From Eledone cirrhosa (taxonomy: Eukaryota): DNA of 64,000 bases. Positions within the stretch are counted from its first letter, which is position 1. Each line of letters opens with the position of its first letter. The stretch is taken from positions 214,024,001 through 214,088,000 of the forward strand of contig OZ024742.1 in the NCBI GenBank assembly GCA_964016885.1, given 5' to 3'. The position numbers and the translations under genes are program-made. Under the pieces are notes generated by a model, which was given only the letters and a program-made list of their open reading frames with translations, searched no databases and was not told the DNA's origin. Below are positions 40,111 through 51,697 of the stretch, in pieces.

Positions 40111-40569
40111 TAACATTATTCTAGAAATTAATTTAATTTAAATGTTAGTTAACCTATAAATTTAATTTAATTAATATTTTATTACAGATGAGAATATAAA
40201 ATATTATGTAATCATAAATTGTGAAAAACCTTTAAATATTACTAATATATACTTAGTAATTTAATTTATAGATTAATTTTAATTTATTTAAACCTTTTAT
40301 TATAACTCTTTTACAGATAAAATATAACAAAATAATATCGTGTATCCAATGACAGAGAAATAATTTTTAGTATTATAGACCTAATTAATATACATTTTGG
40401 AAATATATTTATTATTTGGTTTTAGTTTTAATCAACCTAAAAATTTTAATTTTAATTTGCTTAAAATTAGTATCCTTATACAGACGAATTGCAGAATGTC
40501 ATGTAATCATAGAATGGGATGTGTTTTAGATATATACCTAGTTAATATATTCTGTGCAATTTTTTGAAA

Positions 40570-40643
40570 AAGATATGTATATGTATATGTGTATGTGTAT
40601 GTGTGTGTGTGTATGTGTATCTGTATGTATGTATATATGTGTA

Positions 40644-40686
<43 letters not shown>

Positions 40687-42152
40687 ATATGTATGTATAT
40701 GTGTATGTGTATGTATATGTATATGTATGCGTATTAATTTTGATTTCTATTTGCATATAATTATATTATGCTATTGATGAAATACAATATCTGCTTTATG
40801 TATTGTATACCTAATTAACATATACTATTGAAATAAATATATAATTTTTAATTTAGTTAACATATAATTTATATGCTACTACCGATGTAATACTTTATTT
40901 TATTTTTATTTGGGTTTCTTTTCCCTATTACTAAATTCATTTCCTAATATTGATACCATAACGTTATTAACTTTAATTTAGTTATACTGTAATTAATAAT
41001 CTACTACTGTTTGACTTCAAAATTCTGCTTCAAATATTATAAACCTAACTAATTTACACCTTAGAAATCAATATGTTGACTATCTTTGGTTTAGTTAACA
41101 TATGATTAATGGTATACTTATTTATTTTGAGATGCATTGATTTTGCCTTGGTTCTTGTTTGTCGTATTTCCTAGCACTGAAAATATGTAAGAACATACAT
41201 TGGATAAAGATATGGAAAATATTATATGTTTCTTGAAACATATATTTACTTTGATCCCCTTCTCCAAACCCCCCCTTTCCCCCATACTATTATCATCTGT
41301 ATTTGTAAGCGTCTATGTATGAATATATATGTAGGTAGGTGTCTATATAGGTTTGGGTATTTATATCTAAATATAAAAATACATATATGCGCATGCAAAT
41401 ATGAATGTAAGATTGCGTGTGTATATATGAGTGTACATATGTATGTATATATATGTATATATATGCATTATATATGTATGTGTATGTGAATGTGTGTATG
41501 TATATGTGTATGTATGTGTATATATGTGTATATATGTGTATACTTGTATATATAGGAATATATATATATGTGTATATATATATATGTATATGTATATGCG
41601 TGTGTATGTATGTGTATGTATGTGTGTTATATATATATGTATGTCTCTCTATTTATATGTTTATCTTCGTATCTATGTGATATATATGTGTGTGTGTGTG
41701 CACGTATGTATATGTATGTGTTTTGTGTGTGTTTGTATGTGTGTGTGTATATATGTGTATGTGCGCACACACACATACACATATATATATGTGAGTGTGT
41801 ATATGTGTCTGTATATGTGTATGTGTGTATATATATATGTATATGTATATATATATATAGATATATATATATATATATAGGTGTCTATGTGTGAATATAT
41901 GTCTTTATTCGTATGTGTGTATTTATGTATGTATATGTTTATGTGTATATATGTATGTGTATGTATGTATGTATATATATATATATATATATATGTATAT
42001 GTGTATATATATATATGTATATTATTCTTTATTATTATAATATAACTTATGTGTATATGTGTATAAGTGAGGTTGTGTATGTGTATATAATATGTGTATA
42101 TATAAGTATATAAAAAAATATATATATATATATGCGCATGTCTGTTTTTTTA

Positions 42153-42238
<86 letters not shown>

Positions 42239-42658
42239 GGTGTTTGTATGTGTATTTATGGTGGTATGAGTGTGTGGATATATATGTGTATGTATATATA
42301 TATATATATGTATGAGTGTATGTGTGTGTATATATATATATACATATATATATGTGTATATATATGTATATATATATGTGTATGTATGTGTGTATATATA
42401 TATATCTCTATTAATGCGTGTGTGTATGTATATACATATGCCTTTTTATTATTATTTTTATTTGTATGTCTGAGTTAGGTGAGGTTGTAGTGTTTTTTAT
42501 GTATATACGCATATATGGAAGCGTATGTATTTTTATATATATGAGTATAAGTAGGTGCATATGTATGTATGATTATATATCTAATTCTATGTATGAATGT
42601 ACATCTATATATATATATGTGTGTATGTAAGTTGTGTGTGTATGTATCTATATGTCTA

Positions 42659-42703
<45 letters not shown>

Positions 42704-42782
42704 CGATGTGCGTATATGTATGTACATGTATGTACATGTATGTGTGTATGTATGTGTATGTATATTTAGATGTATGTGTATG

Positions 42783-42831
<49 letters not shown>

Positions 42832-43075
42832 ATATATATATATGGATATATATCTTTATTATTTATTTTTTTTATATATATGTGTATGTGTGTATGTGTT
42901 GCGTGTGTGTGTGTTTTATATATATATCTTTATATATGTGTATGTGTATGTTCGTGTAAGTGTATGTGTGTGTATGACTGTATATGTATGTGTGTATGTG
43001 TGTATGCGTAAATATTTCTATGTGCGCGTACATGTATGTATGTGTATATATCTGTATGTGTATGTATATTATATT
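40570..43075 (+). repeat. Compound (TA)/(TG)/(TATG) low-complexity tract
   Basis: Direct reading of the sequence. Confidence 0.9.
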
Positions 43076-43650
43076 ATATTTATTATATTTTATTGTTTTA
43101 TTTTTTTATTTTTCTTAATTTATAGATACATTTATATTAGGCAGTCTGCTCAGACAATTGAATACTGACCCCTTCCCCCCCTCCCACCTAATTTCTGTAT
43201 CTTGATCTAGAAATGTGTGTGCCAGTGTTTTATGTGAGTGAATTAATATCCATGTGCTTATGATTTTATATCCACATATATAAATGTGAGTGGGGGTGTG
43301 TGTGTGTTTGTATGTTCGTGGTTATGTGTATATTTATGCATATACGCGCGTGTATGTGTGATTGTACTGATATGTGTGAGTATGAAAAAATATATTTATA
43401 TACTTGACTCCATAAGTATCAATGCGCATCTTATCTGCGCATGGTAAGCTTACAGGGATATTAACCTTGAAATTTTGTGTTTGCATCCATCTTTTTAGTA
43501 TGCGTATACAAATTATACATACATTTTTGTAAAATATGTGTAAGGGTTTTACATGTATATACACACACCGAACTGCTTTTAACCCTTTGTGTTTTCATTG
43601 GTCAATTTTGAACTGAAATTTTGAATTGTTGTTATTATCAATAAATATAC

Positions 43651-43805
43651 TTCATTATTTCTGAAGACGGCGTATATATGTGTTTGGTATGTATATTTAA
43701 TCTTGATAATTTGTATAATTTTGTATAATTTTGTACATAGATCTGTTGAATATGCATACCAATTATAACACATATATACCCTAGAAACGATCGTTAAATA
43801 ATGAA
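43651..43805 (+). ncRNA. Type I hammerhead ribozyme with a ~115-nt stem II
   Basis: TTCATTATTT-CTGAAGA...GAA-ACGATCGT-T-AAATAATGAA; perfect 10-bp stem I; palindromic stem III; GUU site after 43795. Confidence 0.88.
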
Positions 43806-43850
43806 CTTTTTTTGTTTAATATAAGGAATTGTTTATTCATTATTTGTTTA

Positions 43851-43927
<77 letters not shown>

Positions 43928-43928
43928 G

Positions 43929-44046
<118 letters not shown>

Positions 44047-44261
44047 ATATTTAAATAACGTGAGAGAGAAGAAGAGGTTTAAAGGGATGAGCGATACATA
44101 TAGTCAGTTGCCAGAAGGGGTTTTAAAGTGATACATACATCAAAGTTCAATCTTAGTTCAAACATACACTTTGTTATTGTCACAGAGCAAGGTGAGTAAC
44201 TCTCGCGGGTGTTTGAATAATTGTCCCCAAAGGGCTGATAATCAGGTTCACATGATGGTGG

Positions 44262-45195
44262 TTTTCATTTTGTCCTTAATTGTAAGTTGTGATGTTGCTG
44301 TTCCACTCATATTTTCTATTTAATTTTGGTTGTAATTCTTAATATTAAGATAGTAGAAAAACCAGGTACCTCCGTAAAAACACTTATTAGCAAGACATAC
44401 CCTTTTCAAAGACCCCCCTGTATAGATAAGAAATGTATAACCTGTAAAATAAGCCCCCATATTAACTGTAAAACTAGAAATGTAGTATATAGCATAAGAT
44501 GTACTGAAGGACAATGTAGAGATAAGAATATAGTGTACATAGGTGAGACAGCTCGTAGTGTAGAGGAACGGATAAATGAACACTGGCGAGACCTTCAAGA
44601 TAGTAAAGAATCATCTGTACTCTACCAACATGCTAAAATAGAACATAAGGGTAAATTAGAGAACATAGAAATAAAAATAGAATCTACACACAGAATAGTC
44701 GCAATGTTTAGACAAATCACAGAGGCAATAAACATAAAAGAATTACAACCAAAATTAAATAGAATATATGAGTGGAACAGCAACATCACAACTTACAATT
44801 AAGGACAAAATGAAAACACACACGCACATAGAACAAACAACCAACCGGTAACATGTAAATAAACAAATACATAAACGAATATAAACACACACAGACACCC
44901 GGATGTGGCGCATGCGCAGTCTGAGCACACAACACACACACAGAAACAAAATGGCGTAGGACAGAACAAGGGAGAGGCACAAAAACAAAGAAAATAATCC
45001 CAGTCACTGAAGAGGTCACAGAATGTGTGACGAAAGAACTTTGACAATATATAAACAACTATCTGGTTGTGGAACCAACCAACCAACCAGAAATTTATAA
45101 ATTCCTAAATTTATAAATTTATTATAATAAATTGAAGTGAAAGCAGCTGGTGCGTGTGTTTCTTATTGGCAACATGACCCTCCCAAAGTATAACA
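44262..45195 (+). mobile_element. 5'-truncated PLE (non-Naiad): GIY-YIG fragment ~44345-44802 with inverted 5' segment and pLTR
   Basis: CIDKKCITC..C.TRNVVYSIRC..YIGETARS..RINEH..RQITEA..LN; ~44262-44340 is the reverse complement of ~44738-44817. Confidence 0.85.
45003..45045 (+). ncRNA. Minimal type I hammerhead ribozyme
   Basis: GTCA-CTGAAGA-G-GTCACA/TGTGAC-GAAAGAACTT-TGAC. Confidence 0.75.
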
Positions 45196-45852
45196 ATATA
45201 TATATATATATTGATTGTTATTCTGGTATCATATCTCTGTTTTTAGCCTAAGAAAATACCTATATGCGTGTATAAATAATACATGCATATATTTATTTAA
45301 AAAAAATCTAATTGAGTTCTTCACACGCAGGGTTAAAATTGTTGAAAAAATTAATTGACCCGCATGTATATTATTTTACTTTCTTATGTTTCGCGATGAC
45401 CTCCCCTTTCAGCTTGATGACAGTGTGAGATTTCCCATTCTGAGACAGCTGGAATTTCAAATTTGGCGGTCATTCTGATACGGAGAGAGACCATCGCTAA
45501 CATTGGATTGGACATCGGTAAGATAGTTTTTTTTATATCGATGTTTGACGGGCATCCACTGATGATTTATAAGCTCCCACCTGCGTATATTCCTACGGAA
45601 TATGTGCAGGCTTCTACATAACCTGGACACATTTTCCCAATTTGTAGAAAACTTATAATGAAACAATTGTTTGGAAAGGGAGATATATTTTAATTATGTC
45701 TCATATAAAATAATACAACTGGCATTCCGCAAATTACATATAGTTAGCACCCCAAACGTAAAATTGGGATTATACTAAGGTATATCCTAATATTTGTTGA
45801 GTGAGATGGAAGCCAGTCAGAGTATAGCTTAAAGCTTTCTCTGTTAATGTAT

Positions 45853-45890
<38 letters not shown>

Positions 45891-46016
45891 AGTTTTAATA
45901 TAGAAGAGCTTCTAAAGGAAGAAATCATCAGGAAGCTGGCTGTCCAAGTAAATGGTAGTATTTATACACGAGCGAACGGAACCTATAAAGACCCTGGACT
46001 TTACCCTGAAAGATAT

Positions 46017-46087
<71 letters not shown>

Positions 46088-46148
46088 TATATATATATGT
46101 ATATATGTATGTATGTATTTATGTATATATATATGCGTGTGTGTGAGC

Positions 46149-46179
<31 letters not shown>

Positions 46180-46229
46180 CATACAATGATATTAAATAAA
46201 TGGAAACTATATTAATAAAACCATATTTA

Positions 46230-46286
46230 TTCTATTATATATATTTCAAGGGTACAGCAACTTTGGTACGCTTTCATCAGATAAAA
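46230..46286 (-). ncRNA. Type I hammerhead ribozyme at the 3' end of the split Naiad element
   Basis: Minus strand: TTTTAT-CTGATGA-AAGCGTAC/GTACCCTT-GAA-ATATATAT-A-ATAGAA. Confidence 0.78.
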
Positions 46287-47434
46287 CACAAAGTTTGTTT
46301 TATAAATTTTGACATATCCAAGAAAAAGATATTTTACCGGTTCAAGTTTTCCTTGGATAGTGAAGGGATAAGAGAAGAAAAGTCAGATATTTCAAATTAT
46401 TAAGATGAGTATGCAAATGAGGTTGAGGTATATGGCCTAAAAAAAAACGTTATTGTAAACAATTTGAATATATGTATGTATGAGTAGGAAGAAGAAAAAG
46501 GAAGAAGAGCTTGTATTTACGTTAATTTAAAAGGAATTAACAGTTTGGGGGAATGGTGGAATATTATTCCAGAATTTAAATTTATTTAGCTATGTTATGA
46601 GCTATAATATTGTATATATAATCAATTATGATTCTAAGTATATTTTATCTTATTACATTCCAATAGGTTATAAGTATATAAATATCTATATAGATTAATA
46701 ATTGTGCATGTATAAGTATTATAGAAATAGAAATAATTTACAATTATTAGTTGTTTATATTTCTCATATGAGTTACAAAGGAAGTTGATTTTGCATTTTA
46801 CATTAAAAAAAACTGGTGGTTCAAGTTGTAAGAGGAGAACAATTTGTAGATTCGAATATTTTGTTCCAACATTGAAAATGTTTTCAGAATATTGTTAATT
46901 TAGCGAAGTCATATAGTTTATCGTACACATATTATATCATGTTTATGTTTGCACGATTGAAAGGGAAAAATAACTCCAATCTTGTTTGTTAACCGTTAAA
47001 TTTGATGAATGATTTACTCAAGAAAATATATAGAGAAAATTATATATTATTTTGTGTGAGATTAATTATTTTAGTCGAAAGATATGTGAAAGTTTGAATA
47101 TCAAAAGGAGAGGAAAACGTAATGTGCATTTCGAAGAACTGTCATAAAGAGGATACATTTTCAGAATGTCAATTAAAGATTATCAATATACATCTAAAAA
47201 AATATATTTAGAGGGGTATCATTAGGAAAATAATAATGTCAGAAGTAAATTATATTAAAAATATATATATATTAAAACAAATTAATGTCAAAAGGAAAAA
47301 ATAGTAGAAATATTAAAAAGTTAAGAAGGAAGATCATTTAAAAGAATTTACATTTAAATTTAAATTTAAATTTTTAAAGAAGATAAGATCATTTTGAAGG
47401 TGTATAAGATATAGTCAAGTGTAATGAATATCAT

Positions 47435-48230
47435 AAATTAAAAATACTTCTGAAAGTGGAATTTTGGCGATGTCTGCAAGAAGAAAATAATTCTGTTTTA
47501 AGATTAATAGAGTTTTGACAGTTAATTATATAAAAAAAATTCCTCTATACACAAGCTACAGAATCTTGAGAAAGCCATATTTCGGTATGCAGGTGCTTTC
47601 GAAATGGTTCCCCAAGATATTGAATAATCTATATTGTTGTCTTTTAAGTTCCAAATTAAATGTGAAAGTGAAGTGGAAGATTTTTTATCGGATCTCTTAA
47701 ATGTGTTTTTATGGTTATACCAGCGTTCTTTGAATTTTAGAGAAGTGGCACCAATATAGTTAAATACTTTGTCTCTAGCTTTAACTGTGCATTTATAAAT
47801 TACGTTTTTGTCTAAGCAATTATTTTGTAAAGGGCAGTTTGATTTACTTCTACAGTTACATTTTCTGGAATTGTTTTTCAGAACGGTACTATTATTCTGA
47901 ATATTGTTGTTAGAAATAGTGTTGTTAGAAATATTATTATTGCTATTTTGGTTAGTTTCGGTAGGGTTTAAATTTAAGTTTCTATTATTAGTTCTATTTA
48001 TATTTTGTGCTATGATCATAGTAGTAGAGTAGGATAGTTTTATAGTGTGTCTGTTAAAAATAGAGTGGTATCTGTGGGCTTTAGGAAAACATTTATCTAG
48101 TGCTTTAAAGAATAGCATTGCTAAAGGTGTTTTAACGCTTAATGAGAATGAGGGAGAGTACCAAATCATATTTCTAGTTCTAGGTTTTTTGTTTGGTTTA
48201 GTGTTTAAGTTAAATTGTTTATTAATATTA

Positions 48231-48268
<38 letters not shown>
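47435..48268 (-). pseudogene. Naiad-type PLE, C-terminal half (poly-Asn linker + GIY-YIG)
   Basis: RTRNMIWYSPSFS, IKLSYSTT, CNCRSKSNCP, VIY..YIGATS and CSLC motifs. Confidence 0.88.
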
Positions 48269-48269
<1 letters not shown>

Positions 48270-48270
<1 letters not shown>

Positions 48271-51200
48271 AGTTGCATTTATCTTGCTTTATGTTCATAC
48301 GAGTTATCACCAAGTCACAACCAGTGACTTCAAGAGACAACAAGGTCCGCCATGTTCAAGAAAGAACATACATATTCACACATGCATCTTTATTGTTTAG
48401 ACTTGTGATGTACTTATATTGACAGAATCTTCCTTAGTATATGGGCAGTTCCCATTAGTACTATCTTTTGTATTTCTCCTATACGCGGGTTTCCTGGGAT
48501 TTGCGATAAGTAATCATTAGATCCCTTAGGTATCATTCCCAGAGCGCCTACAACCACTGGTATTGTTTTAGTTATCAATTTCCACATTTTTCCAATGTCT
48601 ATCTCCAGGTCCTTATACTTGCTCAATTTTTCAAATGTTTTTATAAATACATTCTTGTCTATTGGAACAGACATATCAATTAGCAGGCATACCCTCTTTT
48701 GAAAGTCCTTCAATATTATATCAGGTCTATTTGCATCTATTTTTCGGTCTGTTTGGATGCTAAAGTTCCACAAGATTGAGATGTGATCTTTTTCAAGTAT
48801 GGGAGGTGGTTGATGCTCCCACCAATTCTTTTGATGGGGCAGGTCAAAATGCTTACACATTATCCAATGTATGTATTGTGCAGCTCTGTCATGCCTGTTT
48901 AGGTATTCGGTTGGAGCTATAGGACTGCACACTGAAATTATATGGTCAATGGTCTCTGGTTGTTTTTTGCATACACGGCATAATGGGCTGCACCCATTTT
49001 TTATTATGTTGGCTTGGTAATTTTTTGTTGGCAGACACTGATCTTGTGCCGATATAATCAGTCCTTCAGTCTCCGATTTCAGTCCAGAGGATGCCAACCA
49101 CTTATGGGTTAAGGTTTTGTCAACATCAGGATTGTTAGCTCGCTCTGGGTATTTTCCATACAGAGGCTTTTCTTGCCATTTCTTAGCCAGTTTCTGTAGC
49201 AGTTCTTTCTTTGCAGTTACTTTTACCTGCTTTGCTTTTTCTGTGTTTTCCATTTCAGCAGTAAATGGGACTTCTGAAATTTGTAGTCCATTACTGTATC
49301 TTTGTGCATCTTTTGTAATGGAATATGATCTTTTGATGCTTTCGTGTTTCAAAACGAGTTTGATCATCCAATCATGTGATTCCCTTAGATATGTAGATAA
49401 TCCAATTGTTGCAGTTTTCAACGCAATGTCTAACTGGACTAACCCACATCCTCCTTCTTTCCTAGGGAGATATATTCTATCTATAACTGCCTTAGGGTGA
49501 TGCATTCTGTGCATGGTTAAGAATTTTCGAATTTTTGTATCGAGCCTACGGATCTCTGTGCTTGACCAGTTGATGACATTGTAACTGTAGGTTACTACTG
49601 GTATGGCAAGCGTGTTTATGGCATCGATCCTATTCCTTGCATTCAATTCCGTTCTTAAGATTGCTCTTACTCTGCGGTAACATTCCTTCCTTATCCTTTC
49701 CCCCATTGTCGAGTGCTTGATTCCGTCTCCTTCACAAACACCTAGATATTTGTAAGTTTTTTCTTGATCAAGTTCTCTTATCACGTTCCCCCGATCAAGA
49801 TTAATGTCTGAACTCTTCAGCAGCTTTCCTCTGGTGAACGTTGCTTTGGCGCATTTATCTAGTCCAAACTCCATTTTAATGTCATCACTGAACTGCTTCA
49901 CAGTGGATAATAGACCTTGCAATTGTTCATCATTTTTTGCAAATAGTTTCAGGTTATCCATGTAGAACAGGCGATTAATGGTTTTGTCATAGAATTTATA
50001 TCCATGTTTTGTTTCATTGAGCATTTTACTTAATGGTATAAGTGCGATGCAGAATAAAAGCGGTGATAAAGAGTCACCCTGAAAAATTCCACAATTAATA
50101 TTAACTTTTCCAGCTTCCAGTGATTTTGTTTCACTATTCAAAAGGAGTGTCGTTTTCCATGTCTTCATACTGAATGACAAAAACCTCCTGACAACGGGGG
50201 ATATTTTGAAAATCTCTAAACATTTTTCAATCCAACTGTGTGGCAAACTATCGAATGCTTTTTTATAATCTATCCAAGCAATCGATAAATTTTTGTGTCT
50301 ATTATGACAATCTTCCAGTATCATTTTGTTAACCAGAAGCTGATCCTTACAGCCATATGAGCCTCGTTTACACCCTTTCTGCTCAATGGGAAATAGGTCA
50401 TTTGTTATCAGGTGGTCATATGTGTATTCAGTTAGGACTGATGTTAAAAGTTTATACATTGTGGTCAAGCAAGTTATCGGTCTGTAATTTTTGGGATTGT
50501 TTGTCTCATCATTCTTCGGAAGCAGGAATGTAATGCCGTTAACTAGCCATGAGGGTATCTTTTCTGGCTCCTTAACTATTTCATTGTAAAGTTGGGCTAA
50601 CAGCTCATGAGACTCTGTGAAGGCATTTATCAAAAAGTTTTGTATTTTGTCTTTTCCTGGGGATTTGTATTTGCTGGTTTTTCTTAGAGCCAAGCGCAAC
50701 TGTTCAACTGTTGTATTTTCCCATGTTTGTTCCTCAAGGTGAGCTGTATCTTTCATTTGTCTGTCTATCCATGGGGCATGTATGTTATGAACTTTTTCTT
50801 CGGCCCAGATCTTTTTCCAGAATTCTTGCACTTCCTCCTTGGGTGGTATTGATTTAGCAGTTATTGTTGACTTACCAATTTTTCTGTAGAAGTTTCTTTG
50901 GTTGTTTTTGAACATATTATTGTCCTTATAGAATCTAGATCGTTTTTCAAAGCGCCTTATACGAGCAGCTTTGGCCGACACTTTTTATTGATTATTTCTA
51001 TCAGCATGTCTATGTCACATGTTGATTTTATACTGTACTTTTTTTTCAATTTTCTAAGTTTAGTTTGTTTAACATGTTCACCTACTTTATAGTTTGTTAA
51101 AATTTCTATGTCAGATCGGAGAAGGTTTATTTGGCGATTGATGTTCTCTTGCCAAGTAGATTTCTTGTGGGAATTCCTTTGTTTTTTCATCTTCACTCCA

Positions 51201-51600
51201 CATAAGTGAGTGTTGACTTTAGCCGATGCATAATAGAGAGGATTTAACTCAGTAATGTTTAGTTTGTTTGTGATGATAATGTTTTTGAGAATTATGTTAG
51301 TCTTGTGTATTATCTTTTGGTTCTGTTTGGAGTTCTGGATCTTAGGGAGGGTGTCTTTATTATCTTCCCTTGACCATTTTTCTCTCTTTTTCTTTGGATT
51401 TCTTGGTGGTGAGCATGGAGGGCCATCAGTAGGAGTATTCCGGTTATGGGAGGTCTCCAGCTCCGAAGTGATGGGAAGGTTTGAACCATTAGCTGATTTT
51501 TCGACCCCAGTCTGGTTCCTCCCTGAGGGACGCGGCCCTTTTTTACCCGGGTGACGGCCGATCCGTTATGAGATTTTATCATTAGACATTTACTTTATTC
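48270..51600 (-). mobile_element. R4/Dong-like RLE retrotransposon A (near full-length, frameshifted)
   Basis: 855-aa ORF 48414-50981 with RT ([29 protein letters not shown] replacing YMDD), CCHC and RHD/NRPD RLE; upstream frames to ~51580; 3'UTR ends in (TAA)n. Confidence 0.92.
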
Positions 51601-51697
51601 TGTCGCATTTTATCCTTATCCGCCAAGGGGTAATTGCTGGCCTTGTGCCTAAAGTAGAAACAATTATTATTATTATTATTATTATTATTGTTGTTAT

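Larger units (their letters stand above)
37889..43858 (+). mobile_element. Naiad-type Penelope-like element: inverted 5' pLTR, 5'-truncated ORF, long 3' region, 3' pLTR
   Basis: ~38023-38198 is the reverse complement of 43683-43858; RT + GIY-YIG ORF between them; hammerhead in the 3' pLTR; (TA)n on both sides. Confidence 0.88.

Noticed and set aside
41226-43168. Many YI/CV/HT-repeat ORFs here and throughout the window
   Set aside because: They are translations of stop-free microsatellites, not genes.
45900-45940. CTGATGA on the minus strand
   Set aside because: No GAAA or stem arrangement completes a hammerhead.
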